From a virus: a stretch of DNA of 64,000 bases. The notes under the pieces are model-generated. The model ran no database searches and was not told the origin of the DNA. It was given only the letters and a program-made list of their open reading frames with translations. Numbering within the stretch: the stretch's first letter is position 1; the number at the start of each line of letters is the position of its first letter. Location of the stretch: IMG/VR virus record IMGVR_UViG_3300005254_000003, positions 86 to 64,085 of that record; one strand, 5' to 3'. Position numbers and translations under genes: made by a program. This document shows positions 47,280 to 57,981 of the stretch, in pieces.

Positions 47280-49038
47280 TCAGAAAACGACAATTTCGGT
47301 CGGGTTCAGATCCGATACAACGGGGATCGATCAGGCGAGCCAGAAGATTTCACGGCTCAAGCGATTGCTGGATGATACGGCCAACTCCTGCCAGCGGCTA
47401 AATGGGCAGGGTGGGGGATCTTTTTGGGGCAATCTTTCCGATCCAAGCCGGCAGCGGGTAATGACTGGCGGATTCATGGGGGGATTTGGCCGGGGCATAT
47501 TGAACCGGGGCATGGCCGGTGGCGGGGCGGCGTTGGCTGGGTTGGGCATGGCTACCGGGGCTATCGCCTTGATCGCCCGGATGGTGTCGTCGGCCAGAGA
47601 ATATATCCAGGCGCTCGACCCGCTTGAAAAACAGCTCTCGATGGTCACCGACGGCCAAAGTCAATTCGCTGGCAGTATCGAACGCACCGGCGAAGCAATC
47701 GGAAAGACCAAAATTGAAATGGTCCGACTGGCCCAGTCCTACGTTGCTTTGGCCGGCGCCCAGCAAGGTGGCATCGCCCGGCAGATGAATGTGGCCGGGC
47801 TGCTGGCCAAGGGGATGGGCGTCGATACGGGGACGATGTATTCCTCCATGGGCTCGATGGCTCAGATGGGGGCTTTCGGCCAATACGGCGGCATGCGGAT
47901 GGAACGCTTTGCGGTCATGATCGCCGATGCCGTCGCCCGCGGTGGGATGAATGGCAGGGAAGGCGAAGTCCTGTCCTCGATCCAGTCTTTGATGGGGTCG
48001 CAGCTTAATGTCCTCACCCGCATGGCCCCGGGCAGTACCGATGCCATGATCGGGGCGCTGACGGCCATGAACGCCTCCAACCGGCCGGGCTTGATGGGAA
48101 TGCGTGGGGCTGGTCTGCTCCAGCAAATGAATCAAGGGTTCATGAATCCCCGGGGCGAATTCGGCGAATACTTCATGTATAACGCCCTCGGCGGTGGGGA
48201 TTACTTTGACTTCAGATCACGCCTTGAGAAAGGGATCTTTGGCAAGGGGAACCTGGATGCCTTGATGGGGCAATTCCGCAAAAATTTCAAGAATCCAAAA
48301 GCCCGGTATCATGCGATGAGCAAGATCCTGGGAATCTCGATGGATCAAGCGGCGGCTATAGACGGCCTTGATCTTAACAATAGCGACGCCTTCATGTCGG
48401 CGTTGGATAAGGCCACCGGCGGGCGGAAAGAAGCTATCAGTCCTGACAAATTGGGGTTGATGGCCCAAATTTTCAACTCCAGCGGGGCGCAGCGGGAGGC
48501 CTTGTTCAAAGACGCCCGGATCTCTGGTTTGGCAAAGGAAAAAGGGTGGACGGCCCGAACCGACATCAACACCGTCCTTGCGGGGATCGCCAAAAGCGGG
48601 CTGAAGCAGACTGAATCCGAAAAGATGATGACGACCCTTACCACCATCGACAACAGCATCACCAAGTATGGAGAAAAAATCGTACCGAAATTGACAGACA
48701 TTTTGGAAGGGGTCCTAAAAATCACCAATAAGCTGGTGGATGAAGATGACAACCTCATCATGTCTGATGAACAGCAGAAAAAAGTCATCGACGAAATTCG
48801 AGCCCGAGGGCTGTTTGATGGCGCCGGCGATGAAATGGCTAAACAGTGGGCTTCGAAAGCCAAGGGCACATATGAAGTGGGATCACAAGTTGTTGGCGGC
48901 TTGTTTAGTTCCTTCGACCCTATCATGGAGGGGATCGGGAACCTGTTCACCGAATTGGGGAAGCAGTTGAAGCTTGAGGTCAAGGTCGTTGATGACCGGG
49001 TGGCCGGCGATGGCAACACAGTGAAGGCGGGGCGCTGA
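47272..49038 (+). CDS. Tape measure protein
   Basis: Gly/Ala/Met-rich helical protein after the chaperones. Confidence 0.85.
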   Translation: MSDQKTTISVGFRSDTTGIDQASQKISRLKRLLDDTANSCQRLNGQGGGSFWGNLSDPSRQRVMTGGFMGGFGRGILNRGMAGGGAALAGLGMATGAIALIARMVSSAREYIQALDPLEKQLSMVTDGQSQFAGSIERTGEAIGKTKIEMVRLAQSYVALAGAQQGGIARQMNVAGLLAKGMGVDTGTMYSSMGSMAQMGAFGQYGGMRMERFAVMIADAVARGGMNGREGEVLSSIQSLMGSQLNVLTRMAPGSTDAMIGALTAMNASNRPGLMGMRGAGLLQQMNQGFMNPRGEFGEYFMYNALGGGDYFDFRSRLEKGIFGKGNLDALMGQFRKNFKNPKARYHAMSKILGISMDQAAAIDGLDLNNSDAFMSALDKATGGRKEAISPDKLGLMAQIFNSSGAQREALFKDARISGLAKEKGWTARTDINTVLAGIAKSGLKQTESEKMMTTLTTIDNSITKYGEKIVPKLTDILEGVLKITNKLVDEDDNLIMSDEQQKKVIDEIRARGLFDGAGDEMAKQWASKAKGTYEVGSQVVGGLFSSFDPIMEGIGNLFTELGKQLKLEVKVVDDRVAGDGNTVKAGR

Positions 49039-50432
49039 TGGCGATTCAAACCTATAAAATCCGGTGCCAGGTCACGTTGCATTCTTACATCGACGGGCGG
49101 GTGCTGGACCTGACGAATTACATCCGGAATTTGAATATCCAAAAAGGGTTGTATGAGCCGGCGGGTCATTTTGAGATTCAACTTCTGCCGGCGGCCGATA
49201 TCATCGGGAAAAAGAACGTTTCCTGGTACTATCGGATCAGCCCGATGGATTATGTCGAAATCCGCTTCACCCGGGATTGGGATTCCAAGGAAATTCCCGT
49301 CGTCATGCGGGGGTTTGTCGAGGAAGTGGGGCTGTCCATGGCGGTGGATAACGAGGGCCGGCCCAACCGGGTCTATACCATCAGCGGGTCGGATATGGGC
49401 AAGCTCTTTCAGATCACCCGGATTTACTATTTGAAGGAAGTCTCCCGCGATCTGCAACTGATCACCTTGCCCGGGTTTGAACAGGTCCAGCAAAAATACG
49501 GGGTTCAAATCAGCGGCACGCCGGGTGAGATCATCGAGGCGTTATTCGCCATCGCCCAAAATCAGCTTTCGCTGATCAAGAAAACACAGACTGCAATCCC
49601 CGAAATGAAAATTCTCCGGAGTGCGACAATCAAGGGCTTCGCCAACAAATTTGCTTTGTCCCAGGAAGACGGGTCGATTTGGGATTTGATGTCATTTTTC
49701 GACAACAGCCCTTGGAATGAGTTGTTCACCGTCGATCTGGCAGATGCCTTCTATCTGGTTTTTCGGGAAACGCCCTGGAAAGACTATGACGACGGAAAAT
49801 ATATTCAGGGCGTCGATGCCAATATCGACAAATACACTTTGGGGCCGCCGGTTTCGATCGAGCCGAGCAGCATCCAGCGGTTGAACCTCCGCCGAAGTGA
49901 TGCCGAAGTTAAAAACTTCTTTTTCACCTATCCGATCCATAACCTTGTGGATGGTCAAACGGCGTTTAAAGCCACATCGATCGGTGAGGTGGAAAAAGAG
50001 GAAGACCTCAAATCCAACCCCCACTTGATCGATCACACCGACAAGGATGCCGGATCTTACCGGTTTGGCTTTCGCCGCTTTGAAAATAGCTGCGAGGTTT
50101 TTGATATGGAGCAAATGATCAGCTCGAAAAACCTGGCCCTCGAGCTGAATCAAGCCTTGCAGAGAGCCTTCAAATACAACAGCGCCTATGAATCCGGCGA
50201 CATCGTCTTGAAGGGCAATTCGAACCTGCGGCCCGGGATCTACATGACGTTCAATTATCATTCGGGGGTAACGCCTGAATACTATGTCATCGGGGTCAAC
50301 CACGAATTGTCCTTCGTCAATAACCAGGAACAGTTTTCCACCACGGTCAACGTCGTCCGAGGGGATGGATATTTGAGAACCCGGAAAGCTTTACATAATG
50401 CCGACAACGAACAGCGGAAGGCACTTACATGA
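49038..50432 (+). CDS. Baseplate hub protein (gp27-like)
   Basis: MDYVEIRF, SGSDMGKL, PWNELF, LVFRETPW, LRPGIY. Confidence 0.8.
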   Translation: MAIQTYKIRCQVTLHSYIDGRVLDLTNYIRNLNIQKGLYEPAGHFEIQLLPAADIIGKKNVSWYYRISPMDYVEIRFTRDWDSKEIPVVMRGFVEEVGLSMAVDNEGRPNRVYTISGSDMGKLFQITRIYYLKEVSRDLQLITLPGFEQVQQKYGVQISGTPGEIIEALFAIAQNQLSLIKKTQTAIPEMKILRSATIKGFANKFALSQEDGSIWDLMSFFDNSPWNELFTVDLADAFYLVFRETPWKDYDDGKYIQGVDANIDKYTLGPPVSIEPSSIQRLNLRRSDAEVKNFFFTYPIHNLVDGQTAFKATSIGEVEKEEDLKSNPHLIDHTDKDAGSYRFGFRRFENSCEVFDMEQMISSKNLALELNQALQRAFKYNSAYESGDIVLKGNSNLRPGIYMTFNYHSGVTPEYYVIGVNHELSFVNNQEQFSTTVNVVRGDGYLRTRKALHNADNEQRKALT

Positions 50433-51427
50433 TGCAAAAAGGCTTTGAACGAAATCCGAAGCGTTCTCCCAAATATTGGCACAACATACTGCAGATGGGG
50501 AAAGTGATCGGGGTCAAGGCGGACAAAAAGACGGTTGACATCGTGATGATGAACGGTGGGGCGGTGCATTACGATGTGCCGGTCCTGGCGCCCATGGCGT
50601 CCACGTCGTCGGGGTTGAGCCATCTGCCCAGGCCGCAAAACCCGAAGGCCGACACGGAGGAAGGCTATGACTTTCCGATCGCCTACGGCGGCCGGGATAT
50701 TTTCGCCATTGTTGGTTTCGTCGAGGGGGTTGGGACGATGCCGGTCGTGTTGGGGTTTCGCTATCCGGCTGAAAACCAGTTGTCGTTTTCCAACAGCGTG
50801 GGGGCGAACCATTATATCGATCGACATGAATCCGATCGGTATCACCGGATGATCGGGGATACGGTGGAGGAAAACGGCGGGGCGGATGTCGCCAGTGAGG
50901 AAGAAATCCGGTATCCGGATGACAGCTATTTCAAGGTTGTGAAAAACGGCGGCAGCCGGGCGTTGACCGATCTGTCGGAGTTGAACCGGGATGCCGAAAC
51001 CCAACCGTTCACCGTCAAGAAAGAAAACCGCAAGGGGTTTTATTTCCAGCATGCGAGCGGCACCCGGGTGTTAATCGGCCCCGATGGGGAAATCAAGATC
51101 GGCCATCATACCGGCTCTTGGATTTCGATCGGGCCGGATTCATCCGAACTGGCGGCCGAGGCGGTATCGATCGGCGAGGTGGACAGCAAAAATGATCCGC
51201 CGACGGCTGCAAACGCAAATACGGTTAAAATCCATATCGAGCATTCGTCAGGAACGACAATCACCGTTCTGGAAAACGGGAAAATTGAGATCGAGGCCGT
51301 TGCCACTGTGGACATCGCCGGGGCGGCTGCAGCAACGGTCAAAGGCGTTGTTCAAGGGGATTGCATCTGCCCTTATACGGGGCGGCCCCACATCATGATT
51401 TCATCCAATGTGAAAGCGAGTGTGTAA
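50429..51427 (+). CDS. Baseplate central spike (gp5/gpV-like)
   Basis: OB-fold N-terminus GKVIGV; HASG/HSSG beta repeats; C-terminal CPYTGRPH. Confidence 0.75.
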   Translation: MMQKGFERNPKRSPKYWHNILQMGKVIGVKADKKTVDIVMMNGGAVHYDVPVLAPMASTSSGLSHLPRPQNPKADTEEGYDFPIAYGGRDIFAIVGFVEGVGTMPVVLGFRYPAENQLSFSNSVGANHYIDRHESDRYHRMIGDTVEENGGADVASEEEIRYPDDSYFKVVKNGGSRALTDLSELNRDAETQPFTVKKENRKGFYFQHASGTRVLIGPDGEIKIGHHTGSWISIGPDSSELAAEAVSIGEVDSKNDPPTAANANTVKIHIEHSSGTTITVLENGKIEIEAVATVDIAGAAAATVKGVVQGDCICPYTGRPHIMISSNVKASV

Positions 51428-51429
51428 CT

Positions 51430-51645
51430 ATGGCAATGTCGGCAGCAAGCATGGCGGCGTATATCGAGAGCCACCTGGCAGCACTTGATCATACCCAAAC
51501 CAACAGCGCAGCCAGCGCCGAAACCTATCGGCAGTCAGTCCTGCAGGCTTTCTGCCAGGGGGTCATCGATGAGATCGTCAACAACGCCGTGGTGACGACT
51601 ATCAGCGGCGCACCTGATGGGGAACACACCGGCGAGATCGCCTGA
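51430..51645 (+). CDS. Small spike-associated protein
   Basis: 71 aa, ends GEHTGEIA; follows the spike gene. Confidence 0.55.
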   Translation: MAMSAASMAAYIESHLAALDHTQTNSAASAETYRQSVLQAFCQGVIDEIVNNAVVTTISGAPDGEHTGEIA

Positions 51646-51665
51646 TCGGTTTTAACGGGGGATAT

Positions 51666-54098
51666 ATGGCATCCAGCAGTCTGACAAAATTAAAGCGTTT
51701 GTCCGACGAATTGAGTTCGGTCGGGCAAAACCCGTCTTCGAACGATTCCAGGGTGAATCACAGTCAATTCGGCAAGAACGTGGTTCTATACCTTTACACC
51801 GATGGACTGATCACCGGCACTGTTAAAAAAGACCAACGCTTCATCTTCCCGGTCAACCCCGAGGAATTTTCCGTCAGCCGCAACGAGCGGGTCCAGGTCG
51901 TTCAGACTTTGGGTGAACCCTTCATCGATGAGTTCGGAAAAGGTATGCCCACGCTTACCGTCCGGGGCACCACCGGATGGCGTATCCGGCCGACCATCGA
52001 GAATATCGACGGACATGAAGCCTTCCGCCGGCTGCATCGCAATTTCATCGATGGTTATTTTGATCAGCGCCAGGCCAAGGTCGGGGCGGGGTTGAATCCG
52101 GATGATGTGATGCTGGTCGTGGTCAACAATGTCGATGACCTCAGTTACAAAGTGGTTCCCCAAAATTTCAAACTGCTTCGGAGCCGGGTCAAGCCGCTGC
52201 TTTATCAATACGAGATCACGTTCGGTGTTCTTGAAGATCTGAACTCGATCGAGGCCTTTAAAAAAGTGGAGGATCTTGTCAGCAAGCCCAAAAGTCGGAA
52301 TTGGCTGTCTGCCTTAACAGAACGGCTCACCCCCTTGGTTAATAAACTCATGGTTTTTGCCACGCCGGTGTGCACCGCCGTAGCGAATTTCATCGATACC
52401 AGTGTGGGAATTCTCGAGAACGCCAAGGCTGGGGTAGGAGACATCGCTAACTTTATCCATGGGGTGAGTTCCTCAATCGAGCTGGTCCTCGATGCCACCC
52501 GGGACACCCAGGCGTTTATCAACGATTTGCCGCTGGAGGCCATCCTTGAACTCAACGAACTTACGAGCGTGGTGGGGGAGTTCAACTGCTACCTGAAAAA
52601 CGGTTTGACCGAGTCCTGGCTGCCGGATTTCTCCGGGGTATGCGGGGTAACCGATTGCGCTACGACGCACGGGATCAAATCCGGCGCCATTGCCGACAGT
52701 GTCTCCAACGCCGTCGAATGGGTGGTCGAGATGCGCGAAGCGGCGAAACGCAACGGATCGGCAACGATCATCGGTATTCGCCACAGTGATGAAAATCTGC
52801 CCAATATGTTCGAAGATCCGTCGGCCGCCATCGTCATGGAAAGCACTTTAGATGACAAGCTCGAGCAGCTTTCGTTGATCCAAAAAACACCTGCGTCCGC
52901 TGGCGGGCTCGACGGGGTCTATGAGGCCATCATCAGCACTGTCGGCGACATCGATATGGATGCCAGCCTTTTGCCGGATGAAAATACAACCGACGATCTG
53001 AAGAAAATCAGCCAATTCAAAATCGTAACGGTCAAGGAAAACGAGTCGCTTCAAGCTATCGCTTACCGAGAATACGGGGATTCAAACAGGTGGTATGAGA
53101 TTGCTGCGGCAAACGATATCGTGATCGAATCTGCAACCGAATTGCTGGTGCCCTACACGTCGTTCACGGTTACGGGTAACCTTTACCGGAGCACGCAGCA
53201 TATCGACATCGGAATGGCTGTGCCAAGCAACTATGCTGTCGCCGGGGTTACGCTGGTCATCAAGGATGCCATGGGCGCCTGGCAAAAGATGCAAGTCGAA
53301 AGCGTTTTGGGCAGTGTGATCACGTTTCACGAAACCTTCAGCCAGAATTACACCGGCCCGATTACGGTCATGAGAATGACCAACCTGGCCAGCTATGGGG
53401 TACTGGATGGAGAGACTTTTTTGACAGCAGCCTTCTCGACTGGTTCCAAAACACTGTCGTTGAATGAGGTCAAAGACATCTATCCGGGGTATGCGCTGTT
53501 CGTACAAGGTGTCAGCGAAGCCCGAAGCTATAAAGTCGTCAGCGTGAATTATCTCGAGAAAAAAGTCATTGTCGATAAGGCTTCGATCGGGTTTGCGTCG
53601 GGGGCGAAGGTTCAAATCTACAATCGGGAAACAAGTCAGGTCCACATCACCCCGGGCATGCAGTTGAAAATCCCAATCACCAGTGGGGACCAGAACGTTC
53701 CTTCGCAAAGCGCCAACGAGATTTACGGGACTGATCTTGAAACTGATTCTTCCGGTTGTCTTGTGGTGGCTGATGGGGATTTCTCCTTGATTTCGGGCTT
53801 GGCCAATCTCAAACAGGCGATCGAACATCGGATTCTTTCAGATTATGAAAGCCTGATCGTGCATCCCCAATATGGTTGCGGGCTGCTGGCGATTGTCGGG
53901 GCAAAGAACACACCAGCGATCCGGACGTTGGCCAAGGCAGCTCTTATCGATGCGTTGAATCGGGAGCCCAGGCTTGCCCGGGTTTCATCGCTCAACAGCT
54001 TTTCGGTGGGGGATGCGATCAAATTTGCGATCGAGGTGCAAAGCACGGATAGCAATACAGCAACGGATCTCAATTTCGTAATCGGAGGGGGCAACTAA
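51666..54098 (+). CDS. Fused baseplate protein: tube-initiator-like + LysM + gp25/GPW-like wedge
   Basis: FPVNPEE..TLTVRGTTG; ESLQAIAYREYGDSNRWYEIAAAN (LysM); GTDL...GLANLKQAI...HPQYG. Confidence 0.75.
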   Translation: MASSSLTKLKRLSDELSSVGQNPSSNDSRVNHSQFGKNVVLYLYTDGLITGTVKKDQRFIFPVNPEEFSVSRNERVQVVQTLGEPFIDEFGKGMPTLTVRGTTGWRIRPTIENIDGHEAFRRLHRNFIDGYFDQRQAKVGAGLNPDDVMLVVVNNVDDLSYKVVPQNFKLLRSRVKPLLYQYEITFGVLEDLNSIEAFKKVEDLVSKPKSRNWLSALTERLTPLVNKLMVFATPVCTAVANFIDTSVGILENAKAGVGDIANFIHGVSSSIELVLDATRDTQAFINDLPLEAILELNELTSVVGEFNCYLKNGLTESWLPDFSGVCGVTDCATTHGIKSGAIADSVSNAVEWVVEMREAAKRNGSATIIGIRHSDENLPNMFEDPSAAIVMESTLDDKLEQLSLIQKTPASAGGLDGVYEAIISTVGDIDMDASLLPDENTTDDLKKISQFKIVTVKENESLQAIAYREYGDSNRWYEIAAANDIVIESATELLVPYTSFTVTGNLYRSTQHIDIGMAVPSNYAVAGVTLVIKDAMGAWQKMQVESVLGSVITFHETFSQNYTGPITVMRMTNLASYGVLDGETFLTAAFSTGSKTLSLNEVKDIYPGYALFVQGVSEARSYKVVSVNYLEKKVIVDKASIGFASGAKVQIYNRETSQVHITPGMQLKIPITSGDQNVPSQSANEIYGTDLETDSSGCLVVADGDFSLISGLANLKQAIEHRILSDYESLIVHPQYGCGLLAIVGAKNTPAIRTLAKAALIDALNREPRLARVSSLNSFSVGDAIKFAIEVQSTDSNTATDLNFVIGGGN

Positions 54099-55225
54099 TG
54101 TTTCAGATTAAAAACTTCAATTCGATCGTCGCTTCCATGATCAATAACGTCACCGGCGGATCGGATGAATTGACCGATTTTAACACCGGCAGTGTTGTCC
54201 GAACTATCCTTGAAGCCGCGGCGGCCGAGATCGATCAATACTATCAAGCCTTGCTCAAAGGGTTTTATGAGGCGGTACCGGTTGCCATTTACAAGTCGTT
54301 TAGCTTCAGCCGCCTGCCGGCGGTGGGGGCGTCGGGTTATGTGACATTCACCCGCGAAAGCGGCTATGTGGGAGAGATCACAATTCCGACTGGCACCCGG
54401 GTGACCATTCCCGGTGAAAGCTTCAACTATGCCGTTGTCTCCGGGGTGGTTATGGAAGCCGGGGTCAATACGGTCGACGCCCTTGTGCTGGCGGCGGTCA
54501 CTGGCAGTTCCACCAATTGTTTGGCCGGCTCTATCACGTCGCTCACCGATTCTATCGATGGGATTGCTTCTGTGACGAATGCCGCGGCTTTTACGAACGG
54601 ATCGGATGAAGAAACCGACGGTGAACGCAAGCTTCGTTTTCAAAAATGGCTCAATACTCTAGCCCGGTCCACCCGGGAATCGATTGAATATGGCGCCAGT
54701 ACGGTCAAGCTGTATGATGAATCGGGGGTTGTCACCGAACAGGTGACAAAGGTCGTTGTCTATGAGCCCTGCGTCGATGACACGCCTATCGGGGATCCAG
54801 GGACGGTCTATGTTTACATCTGGAACGGTGTCAATGGAGCCAGCTCATCGTTGATCGCCGAAACGAGTAAAATTCTGCATGGCTATATCGATGACGATGG
54901 CAACAAGGTCGCTGGCTGGAAAGCGGCCGGCGTGGTGGCAACAGTGGCGGCGGTCACTCCAACGGCGGTCAATGTCACCGCCACCATCACGCTTGATGGT
55001 CCGCGGGCGGAGGCCGATGTCGAAGCTGATGTCGAGGCCGCGATCGGAAACCTGTTCAGCAGCCTGGATATCGGCGAATCGTTGATTTTTTCAAAACTGA
55101 TTCAAACGGTCATGGATGTTGAGGGGGTGGCGGATGTGAGTTTCACAACTCCTACGGCCAACACCTCTGCCGGCGGGGATTACAATATCTGTGCCCAAGG
55201 TACAGTCAATTTGACTTTCGCATAA
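54098..55225 (+). CDS. Baseplate J-like wedge protein
   Basis: TDFNTGSVVRTILEA, NGSDEETD.ERK.RF, DVEGVADV. Confidence 0.9.
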   Translation: MFQIKNFNSIVASMINNVTGGSDELTDFNTGSVVRTILEAAAAEIDQYYQALLKGFYEAVPVAIYKSFSFSRLPAVGASGYVTFTRESGYVGEITIPTGTRVTIPGESFNYAVVSGVVMEAGVNTVDALVLAAVTGSSTNCLAGSITSLTDSIDGIASVTNAAAFTNGSDEETDGERKLRFQKWLNTLARSTRESIEYGASTVKLYDESGVVTEQVTKVVVYEPCVDDTPIGDPGTVYVYIWNGVNGASSSLIAETSKILHGYIDDDGNKVAGWKAAGVVATVAAVTPTAVNVTATITLDGPRAEADVEADVEAAIGNLFSSLDIGESLIFSKLIQTVMDVEGVADVSFTTPTANTSAGGDYNICAQGTVNLTFA

Positions 55226-55237
55226 CAGGGGGTGCCC

Positions 55238-56146
55238 ATGGGTGTTTTGACCCGAATCCTCGATTTTTTGCCGACATACTTTAAAACCGATCCGGAAAAG
55301 GTTGCTGTCTTTACGATCGAGCATAGCAGCCCAACTGCGCTGATGCGGTACTCGATCGCCGATGATATGATTTCGGCCAAATCGTTCGGCAGCTTCTCCG
55401 ATGATTTCAACATCTCGCTGGCGGGGAAAACGATTCAGCAGGTTGTGGATGAAATCAATGCGGTTCCCGATTATACGGCGACGATTTTCTCCGGGCCTGA
55501 ATCGATCAATGCGATCCGACTGGTCGATATTGAAAAGACCGGCGATCCAACGGTCTATTATCACCAGAATTCTGGATGGGCATTATTCAAAGCGATTGCA
55601 TTGGAATTGAAAGAGGCCAAGATTGCTGGTGACGAATTGCTTCGGCAAATGGGAATCCCCAGCGCCACAGGGATTCTTTCGAATCATTGGGGAAGCTACT
55701 TCAACATCGGCCGGCTCACGGATGAAACCGATGCCGTTTACAACCAGCGGATCATCGATTCTCTGGTGCGGCCGAAAAGCAACAACGTGGCCATGGAAAT
55801 CGTTCTTGAGGCCTACTATGGCTACGAAATAGACGTTTTCGACCTGGATTATCTCGGCAGTTCTTCGATGCTGATGAACAATATCCCAACTCCGGTGCAT
55901 AATCGAAATTATCCGATCATGGCGGCTAACACGATCGGTAAAGAGCTTTGTGTCTTTGGGGTGCGTTTCCCGGTGAATACCATATCGCATTGGAACCAGG
56001 CCCAGTTTGATGAGTTGCAAGAACTGATCTACGACCTGCGGGCCGCCGGTACCCGGCCGAAATTGTTCTGGACGGATGCTCCGATTTTTACGCCGGCAGA
56101 GATTCCTTATAACGCAGGGCCGGTGTTTTATACGAAATATCTTTAA
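55238..56146 (+). CDS. Baseplate wedge protein (gpI-like)
   Basis: WGSYFNIGRLTDETD..Y..RI; DLRAAGTRP. Confidence 0.75.
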   Translation: MGVLTRILDFLPTYFKTDPEKVAVFTIEHSSPTALMRYSIADDMISAKSFGSFSDDFNISLAGKTIQQVVDEINAVPDYTATIFSGPESINAIRLVDIEKTGDPTVYYHQNSGWALFKAIALELKEAKIAGDELLRQMGIPSATGILSNHWGSYFNIGRLTDETDAVYNQRIIDSLVRPKSNNVAMEIVLEAYYGYEIDVFDLDYLGSSSMLMNNIPTPVHNRNYPIMAANTIGKELCVFGVRFPVNTISHWNQAQFDELQELIYDLRAAGTRPKLFWTDAPIFTPAEIPYNAGPVFYTKYL

Positions 56147-56173
56147 TTTTGTTTCTCTTTGGCATAAAATGAA

Positions 56174-56185
56174 GTAATTAATTAC
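56174..56185. promoter_or_regulatory. Palindrome 11 (before the fibre gene)
   Basis: GTAATTAATTAC right after TAAAAT. Confidence 0.85.
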
Positions 56186-56208
56186 ATTGAGTCAAACAGG
56201 AGGGGGCT

Positions 56209-57549
56209 ATGCCTTTCACCGGAAAAATAGGAACCGACTGGACCGGGGAATACAGCCGATGGAATTTTGACGAAACCAAAGCTTACCAGATGGTCGCCAA
56301 GATGCAGCTCGAGCCCGGTACGTTGTCTGGTATTCCTCTGCTTGATGCTGAACTGAATGAAAACTCCGAGATCCAGTTGCAACTGCTTCGCCGGGCGATC
56401 AAGCGCATCTATGGCAATGGCACAACCGGCAACGGCTTTCGCATCATTCAATCTTCGACGGACATCAACAATAACTTTGTCATCACCGGCGGCGATGGAA
56501 CGCCAGCGGGGGCCGGGGCGATTTTCATCGAAGGGTGGCAGGCGATCAATCTGTCAGATGTCGAATACACCGACCAAGACTACGGGCCGGTTGCATTAAC
56601 CACCCCAAGCGGTGCCGACCGGACAGATGAGGTTTATCTCGATGTCTATTACAAAGAGGTCACCCGAGCCGATGACGGGGATATCGTCGATCCGGTTGTG
56701 GCCCTGGAAACCAGCCGCCGGATCGCCCTGGTTTGGGAGGTCAAAGTCGCCGAAGGCACAACCACGCCGGTCGATTATGTGGATGCCAACAACGTCCAGC
56801 ACTGGACGTTGAAATTGGCCGCGCTCAATCGATTGAACGGCGACGCCACGATCACCACAGCCATGATCGTCGATGCCCGCAATGCGGAGCGGGTGGTATC
56901 ACTTGCTTCTGAACTTGCGACCCATGCGGCATTGAGTAACCCCCATAACGCGACCAGTTTGGCGACGGCCGACAGATTGATTCTTCGGGATTCGGTAGGC
57001 CGTGCCCAAATTGCAGCGCCGGCGGTGGATGCCGATATCGCCCGCCTGGCGGATGTCAGGGCGGTCATTCCATCTGGTTCGGCGGCTTTGTGGGTTCAAA
57101 CATCTGCCCCGACGGGTTGGACAAAACAGACGACCCATAACGACAAAGCGTTGCGGGTGGTCAGTGGGGCAGCAGGTAGCGGCGGTTCTTTGGCATTCAG
57201 CAGTGCGATGGCTTCCGGTAGAGCATCGGGCAACACGACAGCGGCTGGCACGGTCGGTAACACAACTTTGACCACGACTCATATGCCGGCGCACTACCAT
57301 GATCTGGCGGCGAACGCTACTTCCGCGTCGGCTTTAACCACTTCAAACTACCTTGCCTTTTATGGCAACGTCTATGGTGGTGAGCGTAACTATTACTTTG
57401 CCGGTACGAGCACGGTGCCGACTTTAGGGCGGTCTGAAACCGTCGGCGGTGGGGCTGCCCACGGCCATACTTTCACTGGTTCAGCCCATAACCATACTTT
57501 GGATATGTCCGTCCAATATGTGGATGTGATCATCGCAACCAAGAATTAG
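56209..57549 (+). CDS. Tail fibre protein
   Basis: PLLDAELNE, RTDEVYLDV (baseplate attachment); collar-like tip with H-x-H motifs. Confidence 0.85.
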   Translation: MPFTGKIGTDWTGEYSRWNFDETKAYQMVAKMQLEPGTLSGIPLLDAELNENSEIQLQLLRRAIKRIYGNGTTGNGFRIIQSSTDINNNFVITGGDGTPAGAGAIFIEGWQAINLSDVEYTDQDYGPVALTTPSGADRTDEVYLDVYYKEVTRADDGDIVDPVVALETSRRIALVWEVKVAEGTTTPVDYVDANNVQHWTLKLAALNRLNGDATITTAMIVDARNAERVVSLASELATHAALSNPHNATSLATADRLILRDSVGRAQIAAPAVDADIARLADVRAVIPSGSAALWVQTSAPTGWTKQTTHNDKALRVVSGAAGSGGSLAFSSAMASGRASGNTTAAGTVGNTTLTTTHMPAHYHDLAANATSASALTTSNYLAFYGNVYGGERNYYFAGTSTVPTLGRSETVGGGAAHGHTFTGSAHNHTLDMSVQYVDVIIATKN

Positions 57550-57561
57550 AAAGGAAATTTT

Positions 57562-57969
57562 ATGGAACTGAAACCCAAAAACAACTGTCCGCTGAATGGC
57601 TTTGCCGAGTGCAAACAATTCGATTGTGCGTGGTTTGTCCATATTCTCGGGAAGCACCCGCAGCAAGATAAAGAGATTGACGAATTTGCATGCGCCATTT
57701 CATGGCTGCCGATCCTTTTGATCGAAAATGCTCAAATGTCCAGGCAAACCGGTGCGGCAGTGGAGAGTTTCCGTAACGAAATGGCGCAACCCGGCAACAA
57801 CATGATAGCGGCCTTGATGGAAACCCTTAACACATTGCAACAGGTTGTTACCCATCAAAGCGCCAATATCATGCCCATGATGCTAAATGCCATGGCTGCT
57901 CGCCGGATCGAAGCCGCTAAACCCGACCTCACACTGTTGGAAGCTGATCAATCTGCAAGTCAAGGATAA
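57562..57969 (+). CDS. Fibre-associated Cys-rich protein
   Basis: CPL...CKQFDCAWF...CAISWLP.LLIENAQ..RQTGAAVESFRNE. Confidence 0.65.
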   Translation: MELKPKNNCPLNGFAECKQFDCAWFVHILGKHPQQDKEIDEFACAISWLPILLIENAQMSRQTGAAVESFRNEMAQPGNNMIAALMETLNTLQQVVTHQSANIMPMMLNAMAARRIEAAKPDLTLLEADQSASQG

Positions 57970-57981
57970 GGAGGTTCTCCC

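Noticed and set aside
20402-57549. DGR or invertible shufflon for the fibre tips
   Set aside because: No reverse transcriptase; copies differ at all base types, lie in the same orientation, and have no visible crossover repeats
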